From Nanobdellota archaeon (GTDB lineage: Archaea; Nanobdellota; Nanobdellia; Pacearchaeales; GW2011-AR1), in NCBI GenBank assembly GCA_038045285.1, contig JBBSYK010000021.1, forward strand, positions 1 to 33,991: a DNA stretch of 33,991 bases, given 5' to 3'. Below are positions 14,724 through 24,175 of this stretch, one piece after another. Both the position numbers and the translations under genes were made by a program. The stretch's first letter is position 1. Each line of letters begins with the position of its first letter. The notes beneath the pieces were generated by a model. It was not told the origin of the DNA, did no database searches, and worked only from the letters and a program-made list of their open reading frames with translations.

Positions 14724-14742
14724 ATTTTTCTTTATATTCAAC

Positions 14743-17700
14743 ATGAAAAAGAGAGTGGTTGTTTTTAGTTTTAGCATTATTCTTTTTATATTTATTTTAG
14801 TATCATTAATCGCCCTTGCTTCTGCAAACGGCTACGGCGATAACATACCAATTCCAAATTCTGTTTATTGCTCTGACACAGATAAAGGAGTTTATTCAAC
14901 AGTAAAAGGGACAGTAACGGTTAGTGTTTCTAACAGAAATTACACAGATTTTTGCTACACTTCTGGAACAGTTTATGAATATTATTGTTCTGGAACTAAT
15001 TACAGCAATAGCTACATAAATTGTCCTTCCAGATATAGTTGTTCTAACGGAGTATGCATTTACACCCCTGTTGCTGAAAAGCTTGAAATTAGCGTTGCAA
15101 CTCTTAAAGACACTTACAAAGTCGGAGAAGCTATTAGTTTGACTGATCCTCCTGATGATGTTCAGCAAGCTATAACAGGCAATATTGCCGATAATAAAGT
15201 TTCTACTATTACTTCTGATGATAAATTGAGAGATGTACCATCTAATAATCCTACTGACAACAACGCCATTGTTAGATCAATAAGGGATAACGATGGGACA
15301 GTTAGATATACAACTTCTGCTGATGGAATTATGAGAGAAAGAATTATTGATGAAGATGGCAATTTTATCTCTGAAGAAGACGCTGAATTATTGAAACCAA
15401 ATGGCTACATTGTTGAATTTACAGAAGAGCCCACAATAAAGCAATATACAAAGGCAAAGGAAAAATATAAGATAAAGACGAAGAAAGACGCGCTAGAAAA
15501 AAAGAGAGTTATTAAGAAAGAGACCGATGTTCAAAAGGAAAAAGTTAATAGCGAACATGTAAGAATAAAGGCAGCGATTGCGACTGAGCTAGGAACGACA
15601 TTAAGCGATGATACAAAGGTAACTACTGATGGAAAGAAATCAAGGTTTGCCGGTTTATGGAATAGTTTTCTTGCTTTGTTTGGCAAGAAAAGTGTAACAG
15701 GAGAAGCTATTATTAGCAAAGATTCTCAACCTTCAACTTCTCCAACTTCTCCAACCTCTCCAAAGAAAGAAATTAAAGTTCTCGGCGAATGGAATTCTGT
15801 GTTTAACGGCATTGCTCTCGGTATTTCAGCAGATGAAGCTGAAAAGCTTAAGAAAATTCCTGGAGTTAAGGCAGTTCATCCGAATTACAAAGTTAAAACA
15901 ATGCTACAAGATTCTATTCCATTAATTGGCGCTGATAAGGTTTGGCAAGGAGAAAGCGCCAAGACGCAGGAAATTTCACAAACTATTTCTATTTATGATA
16001 AAGATGTTAAACTTTCTTTAGATAATCAAGTCTACAATATTAAACTAGAAAGAGTATCAAGTACTGGAATAGCAGCATTATTGATTAATAATATCGGAAG
16101 AAGTATGAAAAAAGGAGAGAGTTACAAATTAACAGGAGCTACTTTATATGTTGATGATGTTCAATATATTAGATATCGAGAAGATACATGGTTTGATGAT
16201 TCTTTTGTTATTATTCGCCTTAAATCAGATAAACCTTTTCTATCAGGATATACTGGAAAAGGTGTAACAATCGCTATTATTGATACTGGTGTTGATTATA
16301 ATCATTCTGATTTAGGAGGGTGCACTAAAGAAGATTTTCTAGCGAAGAAATGTGGCAAAGTCGTTGACGGATGGGATTTTGTCAATAATGACAATGATCC
16401 TATGGATGATCAAGGTCATGGAACGCATGTGGCTGGAACAGCAGCAGGAAAAGGAGATTATAATAATAACAATATATATGAGCCAGAAAAAGGAGAGGTT
16501 TGGGGCGTTGCTCCTGATGCAAAGATTGTTGCGTATAAAGTATTGGGTGCAGACGGTAGTGGTAATTGGGATGGCATTATTAGTGCTATTAAGAAAGCAG
16601 CAGATCCCAATGGCGATGGCGATTATTCAGATCATGTCAATATTATTAGTATGTCTCTGGGAGGGCCCGGAAATCCTGACGATATGATATCGCAAGCTGT
16701 TGACAACGCAGTTGATGCTGGCGTTGTAGCAGTAATTGCTGCTGGCAATTCCGGGCCATATAAACAAACTATTGGTTCTCCTGGGACAGCAAGAAAAGCA
16801 ATTACTGTTGGAGCCTCCAATAAAGAAGATCAAATAGCAAACTTTAGTTCTCGTGGACCAGTTAAATGGAGAGATGAAAGAGGTAGTATAAATTATTTGA
16901 TAAAACCAAATATTGTCGCTCCTGGAGTCAAAATTTGTGCAGCTGGAAGATTTATTCTAAATAAAACCGGTGTAAATTATTTTGATAAAGTTAGATGTCT
17001 TGATGAGAAACATTTGGCGATATCTGGTACTTCAATGGCGACGCCTCATGTTGCAGGAACAATTGCTCTGATAAAACAAGCGCATCCTGATTGGAATACT
17101 GAAGAAATTAAGATGGCTTTGAGAAGTACAGCAAAAAATCTTAACGAAATAATTACAACGCAAGGTTACGGAAGATTAAATGCTTTTGAGACTATTAAAT
17201 CTAACAAACCGTCCATAGTAAAAATTAAGACGTCGGGATTGTTTGAAAGAGGAAAAACTTTTGATATTGCCGGAAGCGCTTTCGGTGATAACTTTACAAA
17301 GTATAGTATATATTACGGAAAAGGAGATAATCCTCAATCATGGAACTTTCTCTTTTCTTCTTCTACTCAAGTAATTGATTCCATATTATATTCTAAGCTA
17401 GATTCAGCTACTTTTGATGATGGTTTTTACTCGCTAAAAGCAGTCGTATTCAATAATGATAACTCCTCTTATGAAGATAGGTCATATATTGAGATCAATA
17501 ACAATGAAATAATTTTTCCCAGTAATAATGATGTATTGCGCGCCGGAGCCGGATATATCATTCCTATAAAAGGTTATTTAGCATCCAAAAATATTTTTAG
17601 AATAGAATATGCTTCGGGTTTAGACTCTTCAAAGTGGAATTGGAAGTCTGATGGAATAATTATTCCTAAGAGTAGTACCGATGATTATTCAGATGATCTC

Positions 17701-19560
17701 TTAGCTTATTGGGATACATCTAAATTAACTGCTCCAGACTTTTATAATTTAAGAATTAATGTCTCTACAACAAAAGGTTCAGAAAACTTTTTTGTATATC
17801 GTATTTTCTTCGATAACAGGTTGAAAGAAGGATGGCCCGTGTATCTAAACTCTACAAAACTTTTAGTTGCAGACTTAAATAAAGATGGTAAAAAAGAAAT
17901 TATAATTGTCACAGCAGACGATCTTTTTAGTCTGCCGATCAAGCTAGCCGTTTATCAATATAACGGTTCTCTTTTATGGTCAAGAGACGTTGGTTATGGA
18001 CATTATTGGCTAGAACCAATAGTAGGAGATTTAGATGGTGATGGACTTTCAGAAATTTATGTAGAAATGAGAGAGAATATATATGGATTTGATTATGCAG
18101 GAAATTTAGTTTTTTCATTTTATCTCCCAGGGTTTTATGATTTTTCAAAAACTCTTACAGCCGATATTAATTCAGATGGCAGGGATGAGCTTATTACTAC
18201 TAATTTTATCAAAAAGGGCTTTAATGAATATGTTGAGTTTTTAGTCATAGCAAATAAAACTTCTCTTTTTAAAAAAATAGAAGTTGGATCCACTTGCGGC
18301 TCACCTGGCCCGAACGTTGCTGTAGGAAATTTTGATTCCGATAAGGATTTAGAAATCGTACTTGGGAATACTTGTCAGTCTATTTTAATATATGATTTAG
18401 ATGGGGCTGTTTTATCTGGTTGGCCAAAGAATATTACCGGGATTATATCTGGGATAGTTACGGCAGATATAGATAATGATGGAAAGGATGAAGTAATTAT
18501 TTCTGCTAGAAATATTTCTTATGGCGGAGGAATTTATGTATTTTCTTCTGACGGACATTTGTTATGGAATAAATTCTTAGATGGGTTCTTTGTTACATCT
18601 CCTGCTATTGGTAAACTCAATAATGGACAGATAGTTATTTCAATTACTAATACAAAAGAATATGTTTATGTAATAAATGCACTTGATGGTTCCTTTCCTA
18701 CTGGATGGCCAATAAAATTGCTTTGCTCTCCATATTGTGATGTTCAAGGTTCTAATATTTTAGCCGATATTAATTCAGATGGTAATATAGATGTTATATT
18801 ACGAACAAGTGGAGGAATTCAACCCGCACTAGTTATGTGCGGTGAAATTATTACATCTAGCGGAGTGTATGCATGGAATATAGACGGGTCAAGGATATCT
18901 TTGGCCCCTTTACTTTATGACAACAAGCTACTTGCAGAAGGAGAGTCAGATAAACAGGTTATTGTTGACGACATAGATAGTAATGGAAAAATAGATATAA
19001 TTTCCGGTATTTTGAAAACAAATGCAATCTCTCAGCCTGTTATGGATATTGCATACCGTCCTCTTCCGTATTCTATAAGTAATAAATGTTCTTATCCAGT
19101 TATAGATCCATCTGGTAAACTAAGATTTAAAGGCAGGAAAACTATTTATGTTTGGGAACTTGAGGCATTTTATAATACTTCACTTATGTCATGGCCGCAA
19201 TTCAAGCACGATCCGCAGCACACAGGATGCTATGATTGCGACAAGAAATTGAAAATAAGGCCGCAATCAAAACTCACTAATCTAGGAACAACAGAAGTAT
19301 CAGGAAAATTAAATATACTAATACAGAGATATAATCAAGCAACAAATGCAACAAATAGCTGGACAACGTTAATGGATAAAAGCGTTATAAGTTATCCTGT
19401 AACTGTTAAGGCAAATGAAGGCATTGTGAAGCTAGATGCAACGTTTAATCCTCGAAAAATAAGTTTATCGCAGGCAGGGAAATACAGAGTTGTTGCTAAT
19501 TTTGTCAGCAATAGGGGAACAAGGGCAGAGAGCAATTGGGAGTTTGGAGTTGTTTCTTAA
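14743..19560 (+). CDS. secreted subtilisin-family (S8) protease fused to a 7-repeat FG-GAP/VCBS-like propeller (1605 aa)
   Basis: N-terminal signal/anchor MKKRVVVFSFSIILFIFILVSLIALASA, then a Cys-rich domain. Catalytic residues: D514 in IIDTG (16282-16284), H559 in HGTHVAG (16417-16419), N669 in AAGNSGP (16747-16749), S764 in GTSMATPHVAG (17032-17034). Seven D-x-[DN]-x-D-G-x-x-[DE] repeats lie between 17869 and 19005. Confidence 0.85.
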   Translation: MKKRVVVFSFSIILFIFILVSLIALASANGYGDNIPIPNSVYCSDTDKGVYSTVKGTVTVSVSNRNYTDFCYTSGTVYEYYCSGTNYSNSYINCPSRYSCSNGVCIYTPVAEKLEISVATLKDTYKVGEAISLTDPPDDVQQAITGNIADNKVSTITSDDKLRDVPSNNPTDNNAIVRSIRDNDGTVRYTTSADGIMRERIIDEDGNFISEEDAELLKPNGYIVEFTEEPTIKQYTKAKEKYKIKTKKDALEKKRVIKKETDVQKEKVNSEHVRIKAAIATELGTTLSDDTKVTTDGKKSRFAGLWNSFLALFGKKSVTGEAIISKDSQPSTSPTSPTSPKKEIKVLGEWNSVFNGIALGISADEAEKLKKIPGVKAVHPNYKVKTMLQDSIPLIGADKVWQGESAKTQEISQTISIYDKDVKLSLDNQVYNIKLERVSSTGIAALLINNIGRSMKKGESYKLTGATLYVDDVQYIRYREDTWFDDSFVIIRLKSDKPFLSGYTGKGVTIAIIDTGVDYNHSDLGGCTKEDFLAKKCGKVVDGWDFVNNDNDPMDDQGHGTHVAGTAAGKGDYNNNNIYEPEKGEVWGVAPDAKIVAYKVLGADGSGNWDGIISAIKKAADPNGDGDYSDHVNIISMSLGGPGNPDDMISQAVDNAVDAGVVAVIAAGNSGPYKQTIGSPGTARKAITVGASNKEDQIANFSSRGPVKWRDERGSINYLIKPNIVAPGVKICAAGRFILNKTGVNYFDKVRCLDEKHLAISGTSMATPHVAGTIALIKQAHPDWNTEEIKMALRSTAKNLNEIITTQGYGRLNAFETIKSNKPSIVKIKTSGLFERGKTFDIAGSAFGDNFTKYSIYYGKGDNPQSWNFLFSSSTQVIDSILYSKLDSATFDDGFYSLKAVVFNNDNSSYEDRSYIEINNNEIIFPSNNDVLRAGAGYIIPIKGYLASKNIFRIEYASGLDSSKWNWKSDGIIIPKSSTDDYSDDLLAYWDTSKLTAPDFYNLRINVSTTKGSENFFVYRIFFDNRLKEGWPVYLNSTKLLVADLNKDGKKEIIIVTADDLFSLPIKLAVYQYNGSLLWSRDVGYGHYWLEPIVGDLDGDGLSEIYVEMRENIYGFDYAGNLVFSFYLPGFYDFSKTLTADINSDGRDELITTNFIKKGFNEYVEFLVIANKTSLFKKIEVGSTCGSPGPNVAVGNFDSDKDLEIVLGNTCQSILIYDLDGAVLSGWPKNITGIISGIVTADIDNDGKDEVIISARNISYGGGIYVFSSDGHLLWNKFLDGFFVTSPAIGKLNNGQIVISITNTKEYVYVINALDGSFPTGWPIKLLCSPYCDVQGSNILADINSDGNIDVILRTSGGIQPALVMCGEIITSSGVYAWNIDGSRISLAPLLYDNKLLAEGESDKQVIVDDIDSNGKIDIISGILKTNAISQPVMDIAYRPLPYSISNKCSYPVIDPSGKLRFKGRKTIYVWELEAFYNTSLMSWPQFKHDPQHTGCYDCDKKLKIRPQSKLTNLGTTEVSGKLNILIQRYNQATNATNSWTTLMDKSVISYPVTVKANEGIVKLDATFNPRKISLSQAGKYRVVANFVSNRGTRAESNWEFGVVS
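15736..15762. repeat. 9-bp tandem repeat x3 encoding a (TSP)n linker
   Basis: ACTTCTCCA ACTTCTCCA ACCTCTCCA, giving PSTSPTSPTSP between the propeptide-like region and the catalytic domain. Confidence 0.8.
19505..19553. repeat. direct repeat copy A (att-like), inside the 3' end of the protease CDS
   Basis: 49 nt, 46/49 identical to 21153-21201. The two copies bracket the ATPase gene. Confidence 0.8.
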
Positions 19561-19621
19561 AGAAAAAGAAGAAAAGCCAAAATAGAAAGGTTTAAATAGT
19601 GGTAAGTAAAGTATAATAATT

Positions 19622-21040
19622 ATGATACCACAATTTATTGATAGGAAAAGAGAAATAGAGTATTTAGAGAAATTGCATCAAACGAAAGAGTTTAAGATAG
19701 CGGTTCTATACGGCAGAAGGAGAGTGGGTAAAACAGAGTTATTGAGGCGTTTTTTAGAAGGAAAGAAAGGAACATATATTCTCTGTACTGATGAAAGTTT
19801 AGATGAAAATATTAAAGAGTTTAAGTCAAAATTTTATGAATTAACTGGAAAAGATTATTTTCTTAAAGTTGAGACTGAAAGTTTTTACGATATTTTTAAG
19901 TATCTTATAGACGAAATAAAAGATAAAGAAGCAACGATTATCATAGATGAATTCCCCTATCTTATTGTTCTTAACAAAGGGCTATTATCGACCTTTCAGA
20001 AAATTTCAGACGAGTTATTAAAGAATACTAAAATAATGCTTGTTCTTTGCGGATCTTCTCTTTCTATAATGGAAAATGATGTTTTAGGTTATAGAAGCCC
20101 TTTATATGGGCGAGACATAAATTCATGGAAGCTTGCACCCTTTAGTTTTAAAGTTGTTCTCCAATTAAATGAGGATATAGAAGAAGCAATGAAAGAATAT
20201 TTTGTATTTGGAGGCATTCCATATTATCTAAAATTTTATAATAAAAAGGAAGATTTAACGACAAATATTAAAAATAATTTTTTAATTAAAGGATTTAATT
20301 TATACGATGAGCCCCTTATTTTATTAAGACAGGAATTTAGAGAGTCTAGAACATACAGATTGATTTTAAAGTACATTTCCTTAGGGTACAAAAGCATTGG
20401 CGAAATATGCAATGCTACAGGAATGGACAAAAGTAATTTAATGAAATATCTATCTACGCTTGAAGAAACCAATATAATTAGACATATCTTGCCTTTTGGT
20501 ATGAAAAGAAAAGGAATTTATGAAATTAACGATCCATTATTTAGATTCTGGTTTAAGTTTGTTTATCCAAATAAGGACAAATTAGAAATCGGAAATACTG
20601 CAGAAGTTGAGAATTATGTTAAAAAAGAAATAAATTCTTTTTTCGGTTTATCATTTGAATATTTAATAGAGGAACTTATTAATGAGAAGCTTTTTTCAGA
20701 AATAATTAATTATTCGAATACTCGTAAGTGGTGGTATAAAGACAAAGAAATAGACCTTATTGTTTTTAATGAGCTCAAAACAGAGATCTTATTCGTGGAA
20801 TGCAAGTGGTCTAACAATATCAACGCAGAGTCTATAGTAAGTGATTTATCTGAAAAATCAAAATCTGTTCGTTGGAATAATGAAACTAGGACTGACGCTT
20901 TCGCTCTTTTTGCCAAAACTTTTTCAAAAAAAATTGATTCTTTTAACGGCAAAAAAGTTTTTTGCTATGACTTAAGAGATATTGAAAAACGCTTTAGAGA
21001 AGAAGAAAAAGAAAACTTTGCTGAGACAAACAGAATATAG
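19622..21040 (+). CDS. archaeal ATPase (AAA+/Arch_ATPase) with a C-terminal DUF234 nuclease-like domain
   Basis: FIDRKREIEYL start, Walker A GRRRVGKTE, Walker B IIIDEFPYL. C-terminal KEIDLIVF...LFVECKWS resembles a PD-(D/E)xK core. TTTAAATA box lies 23 nt upstream. Confidence 0.8.
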   Translation: MIPQFIDRKREIEYLEKLHQTKEFKIAVLYGRRRVGKTELLRRFLEGKKGTYILCTDESLDENIKEFKSKFYELTGKDYFLKVETESFYDIFKYLIDEIKDKEATIIIDEFPYLIVLNKGLLSTFQKISDELLKNTKIMLVLCGSSLSIMENDVLGYRSPLYGRDINSWKLAPFSFKVVLQLNEDIEEAMKEYFVFGGIPYYLKFYNKKEDLTTNIKNNFLIKGFNLYDEPLILLRQEFRESRTYRLILKYISLGYKSIGEICNATGMDKSNLMKYLSTLEETNIIRHILPFGMKRKGIYEINDPLFRFWFKFVYPNKDKLEIGNTAEVENYVKKEINSFFGLSFEYLIEELINEKLFSEIINYSNTRKWWYKDKEIDLIVFNELKTEILFVECKWSNNINAESIVSDLSEKSKSVRWNNETRTDAFALFAKTFSKKIDSFNGKKVFCYDLRDIEKRFREEEKENFAETNRI

Positions 21041-21082
21041 TTAACATTTTAATGTTACGTTTCAGTGTAGCTTTTCATCTCT

Positions 21083-21108
21083 ATTTGTTACGTTACAACG
21101 TAACAAAT
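21083..21108. repeat. perfect 26-nt palindrome
   Basis: ATTTGTTACGTT-AC-AACGTAACAAAT. The TGTTACG core also occurs at 21053-21059, inside a second palindrome TAACATTTTAATGTTA (21042-21057). Confidence 0.8.
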
Positions 21109-21152
21109 TATTAAATATCTAGAATTTTAAGATTTGGCGTATACAACATTCT

Positions 21153-21201
21153 TCAGTAATAGGGGAACAAGGGCAGAGAGCAATTAGGAGTTTGGTGTTG
21201 T
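21153..21201 (+). pseudogene. displaced, decaying copy of the last ~16 codons of the protease gene
   Basis: 46/49 nt identical to 19505-19553. Reads FSNRGTRAESN-stop (TGG to TAG) against VSNRGTRAESNWEFGVVS in the intact gene. Confidence 0.6.
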
Positions 21202-21333
21202 ATAGTTTAGTGGGAAAAAATCAATAAATATTAGATTCCGAACGAATAAAGAACGAAAGTTCTTCCCACGTCAGAACATTTAAATATCTCTTTGAGATAT
21301 AAATTATTATAATAATGAGGCAAAAAAGAGAGT

Positions 21334-22326
21334 ATGAAAGTTGCAATAAATGGCTTTGGCAGAATAGGAAGACAGTTTTTCTTGGCGGCAATGCAGCAAA
21401 AGATTAAATGGGATTTTATTATTAATAATCCTTCAGATCTTGACTCTATTGTCTACTTATTGAAGCATGATTCAGTTTATTCTCCTCCAAAAGAAAATAT
21501 TACTCACGATAGGAAACATCTGATTTTTGGAGGTAAAAAAATAAAAGTAATAAGTGAACAAGATCCTGAAAAGCTACCCTGGAAAAAGGAATCAGTTGAC
21601 ATAGTTATTGAATGCACGGGGAAATTTACTCATGGGGAGGATGCCATAAAGCATATTACTGCTGGAGCAAAGAAAGTATTGATTTCTGCTCCGGGAAAAA
21701 ATTGCGAAGCTACTATTATTATTGGTGTAAACGATTCTCTATTGAAGAATCAGAAGATAGTTTCTGCTGGAAGTTGCACAACAAATTGTGTTGCTCCTCT
21801 TGTAAAGGTTTTAGATGATGCTTTTCAAATACAGGAAGTATTGTTCATTACAACACACGCTTACACTTCTTCCCAACATCTTGTTGATGCATATGAAAAA
21901 AAAGATGTTGTAAGGGGCAGGGCAGCTGGAGTAAATATTATACCTACAACGAGCGGTGCAGCTACTTCTGCGATAGAAGCTATTCCTTCCTTAAAAGGAA
22001 AATTAGATGGTTATGCTTTGCGCGTTCCAGTAGTTGACGGCTCAATTGCCAGCTTGTTTGCTAAAGTAAAGAAAAAAGTTACAAAAGAACAGATTAATTC
22101 TGTCTTCAAGAATAAAGCTTCAAGACAGTTGAAAAATATTATTCAATATTCTAATGAAAAATTAGTCTCGACCGATATCATTGGAAATACGCATTCATGT
22201 ATTTATGATTCAAATATGACTTACATTGTTGGAGATTTAATAAGTATTGCCGCATGGTACGATAATGAAATGGGATATGCTTATAGATTAGCTGATGTTG
22301 CTAAGTTAATGCTAAAAAATAAATAA
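21334..22326 (+). CDS. gap: glyceraldehyde-3-phosphate dehydrogenase, class I (bacterial/eukaryotic type)
   Basis: MKVAINGFGRIGR N-terminus and active-site SCTTNC; 330 aa. Confidence 0.9.
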   Translation: MKVAINGFGRIGRQFFLAAMQQKIKWDFIINNPSDLDSIVYLLKHDSVYSPPKENITHDRKHLIFGGKKIKVISEQDPEKLPWKKESVDIVIECTGKFTHGEDAIKHITAGAKKVLISAPGKNCEATIIIGVNDSLLKNQKIVSAGSCTTNCVAPLVKVLDDAFQIQEVLFITTHAYTSSQHLVDAYEKKDVVRGRAAGVNIIPTTSGAATSAIEAIPSLKGKLDGYALRVPVVDGSIASLFAKVKKKVTKEQINSVFKNKASRQLKNIIQYSNEKLVSTDIIGNTHSCIYDSNMTYIVGDLISIAAWYDNEMGYAYRLADVAKLMLKNK

Positions 22327-22327
22327 C

Positions 22328-23527
22328 ATGAATCTCTGTACTTTAAATGAAGGAAATTTTGAAAACAAGCTTGTTCTCCTGCGCATAGATATTAATTCTC
22401 CTGTTGTTAAAGGAAAAATATCTGATGGACTCAGATTTAAAGAGAGCGCAATTACAATTCGCGAACTTTTAGAAAAAAGAGCTAGGTTAGTAATAATAGC
22501 GCACCAGGGAAGAAAAGAAGGAAAGGATTTTCTTTCACTTGAACAACATGCAAAGATTCTCTCTGATTGCATAGAGAAAGAAATAAAATTTGTTCCTGAT
22601 TTATTTGGAGAGTTAGCAGTCGGAGAAATAAATAATCTTGAATCGCGAAAAGGAATATTACTTGAAAATACCAGAGCTTATAATGATGAATTGGATTTAG
22701 ATGAAGGCACTAACAAATATCATATTTTTTGCAAAATGTTTGATTTTTTTGTTAATGATGCATTTTCTGTGTCTCATAGAAAACAAGGCAGCATAATAAT
22801 CCCTCCCATGCATTTAAGAAGTTTTATTGGCCGCAATTTTGAAAAGGAATTGAAAGCAGTTGGACATTTTTCATTAAATAATGCTCAAAATATTTCTTTA
22901 GTTATTGGCGGTTCAAAAATAGAAGATTATTTTACCTTATTTGAATCTTTAAAGAAAAAAAGAAATAAAATGATTGTATCTGGTGTATTGGCAAATCTTT
23001 TAATAATAGCTGAAGGTAAAGATCTTGGTTATGAAAACATTTGGATGACTGAACAAGGCTTTGATAACCTTATTCCAAAATTAAAAGAAGTTTTGAATAA
23101 ATACAAAGAACAAATTATTTTGCCAGTAGATTTTGCAATTGGCAATGTTAGAAGGAAAGAAATTTCTATTGAAAATGCACCATTTGATGAAAAAATATGG
23201 GATATAGGGAAAAAAACTGCATCATTATTTAAAAAAGAATTGGAAAATGCTGGAGCTATTTTCATGAAGGGACCAGCTGGTTTTTCTGAAATTCCTCAGT
23301 TCAGTTATGGGACAGTTACATTGTTGAAATTTATATCACAGTTAACGAAGAGGAAAAAGATTTTTAGTCTTCTTGGAGGAGGGCATTTAACTTCAACAAT
23401 ACAAAAATATAACATTCCCAACAATTTCTCATATATATCTTTATCTGGGGGAGCGTTGATACAATATTTATCTGGAAAAATCCTTCCAGGAATAGAGGCG
23501 ATTAAAAATAGCAAATTTAACCTATAA
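22328..23527 (+). CDS. pgk: phosphoglycerate kinase (archaeal type)
   Basis: LLRIDINSPV, IIAHQGRKEG (archaeal AHQGRPG-type loop), LLENTRAY, FVNDAFSVSHR. Starts 1 nt after the gap stop. Confidence 0.85.
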   Translation: MNLCTLNEGNFENKLVLLRIDINSPVVKGKISDGLRFKESAITIRELLEKRARLVIIAHQGRKEGKDFLSLEQHAKILSDCIEKEIKFVPDLFGELAVGEINNLESRKGILLENTRAYNDELDLDEGTNKYHIFCKMFDFFVNDAFSVSHRKQGSIIIPPMHLRSFIGRNFEKELKAVGHFSLNNAQNISLVIGGSKIEDYFTLFESLKKKRNKMIVSGVLANLLIIAEGKDLGYENIWMTEQGFDNLIPKLKEVLNKYKEQIILPVDFAIGNVRRKEISIENAPFDEKIWDIGKKTASLFKKELENAGAIFMKGPAGFSEIPQFSYGTVTLLKFISQLTKRKKIFSLLGGGHLTSTIQKYNIPNNFSYISLSGGALIQYLSGKILPGIEAIKNSKFNL

Positions 23528-24175
23528 TCAACCGACTATACTATTTAATCTTGCTAGATTTTTTATTGGATTATCCGCATCAGCTACAAAAGAACCGACA
23601 TTAAATATATTAGCTCCAGATTTAACAAGTTTTTTGATATTCTTATCATTCACACCTCCGTCAATTTGAATTGAAATGCTGTTATTTATCAGGCGTAAAG
23701 ATTTAATTTTTTTGTATATTGAAGGTAAGAAACTTATATTCTCTAGGCCTGGTTTATGCCCCATTAATAGTATTCCGTTTATGTAAGGTAAATAGAAAAA
23801 GACTTTGTTGATATTTGTTTTAGGATTTAATGCAATAAATGATTTCATTTTAGATTTATTTATCTCAGCAATTAATTTAATTGTCTTATTTCGGTTTTTT
23901 AAAGCTTCAATGTGGAATATTACTTTACTAAAACCTTTTTCTTTGAGTTTATTAATTTGTTTTTCTGGGTTTTTAATCATTAAATGCGCTTCAAAATTAT
24001 TTTTATATGGTGAAAGATTAGGAATATCTTTTATTTTGATAGATTTTTTTTTGACTAATTTTCCGTCCATAAAATCAATCTGAATGAATTTGGCTAGGGG
24101 CCTTAATTTATTAAATCTCGAATAAAATTCCTTTTTTGACATTGCAAAAACTGTTGGGACAATTAAACATTTCAT
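23528..24175 (-). CDS. rpe: ribulose-phosphate 3-epimerase
   Basis: IQIDFMDG, AHLM and IQIDGGVN motifs of the Rpe TIM barrel. The start shares one nt with the rpiB stop (TAATG). Confidence 0.75.
   Translation of the reverse strand: MKCLIVPTVFAMSKKEFYSRFNKLRPLAKFIQIDFMDGKLVKKKSIKIKDIPNLSPYKNNFEAHLMIKNPEKQINKLKEKGFSKVIFHIEALKNRNKTIKLIAEINKSKMKSFIALNPKTNINKVFFYLPYINGILLMGHKPGLENISFLPSIYKKIKSLRLINNSISIQIDGGVNDKNIKKLVKSGANIFNVGSFVADADNPIKNLARLNSIVG

Noticed and set aside
15736-15762. Short tandem repeats (9-bp x3 here; 21-bp x2 at 10612-10646) as possible CRISPR or mini-array.
   Set aside because: The repeats are contiguous with no spacers, are in frame within CDSs, and are far shorter than CRISPR repeats. 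No cas genes are present.
19622-21040. Interpreting the ATPase as an Orc1/Cdc6 or transposition ATPase (IstB/TniB-like).
   Set aside because: The FIDR..E...L start, Walker spacing and C-terminal DUF234-like EIDL...ECKW segment fit the Arch_ATPase/DUF234 family. There is no winged-helix Orc C-terminus pattern and no partner transposase.
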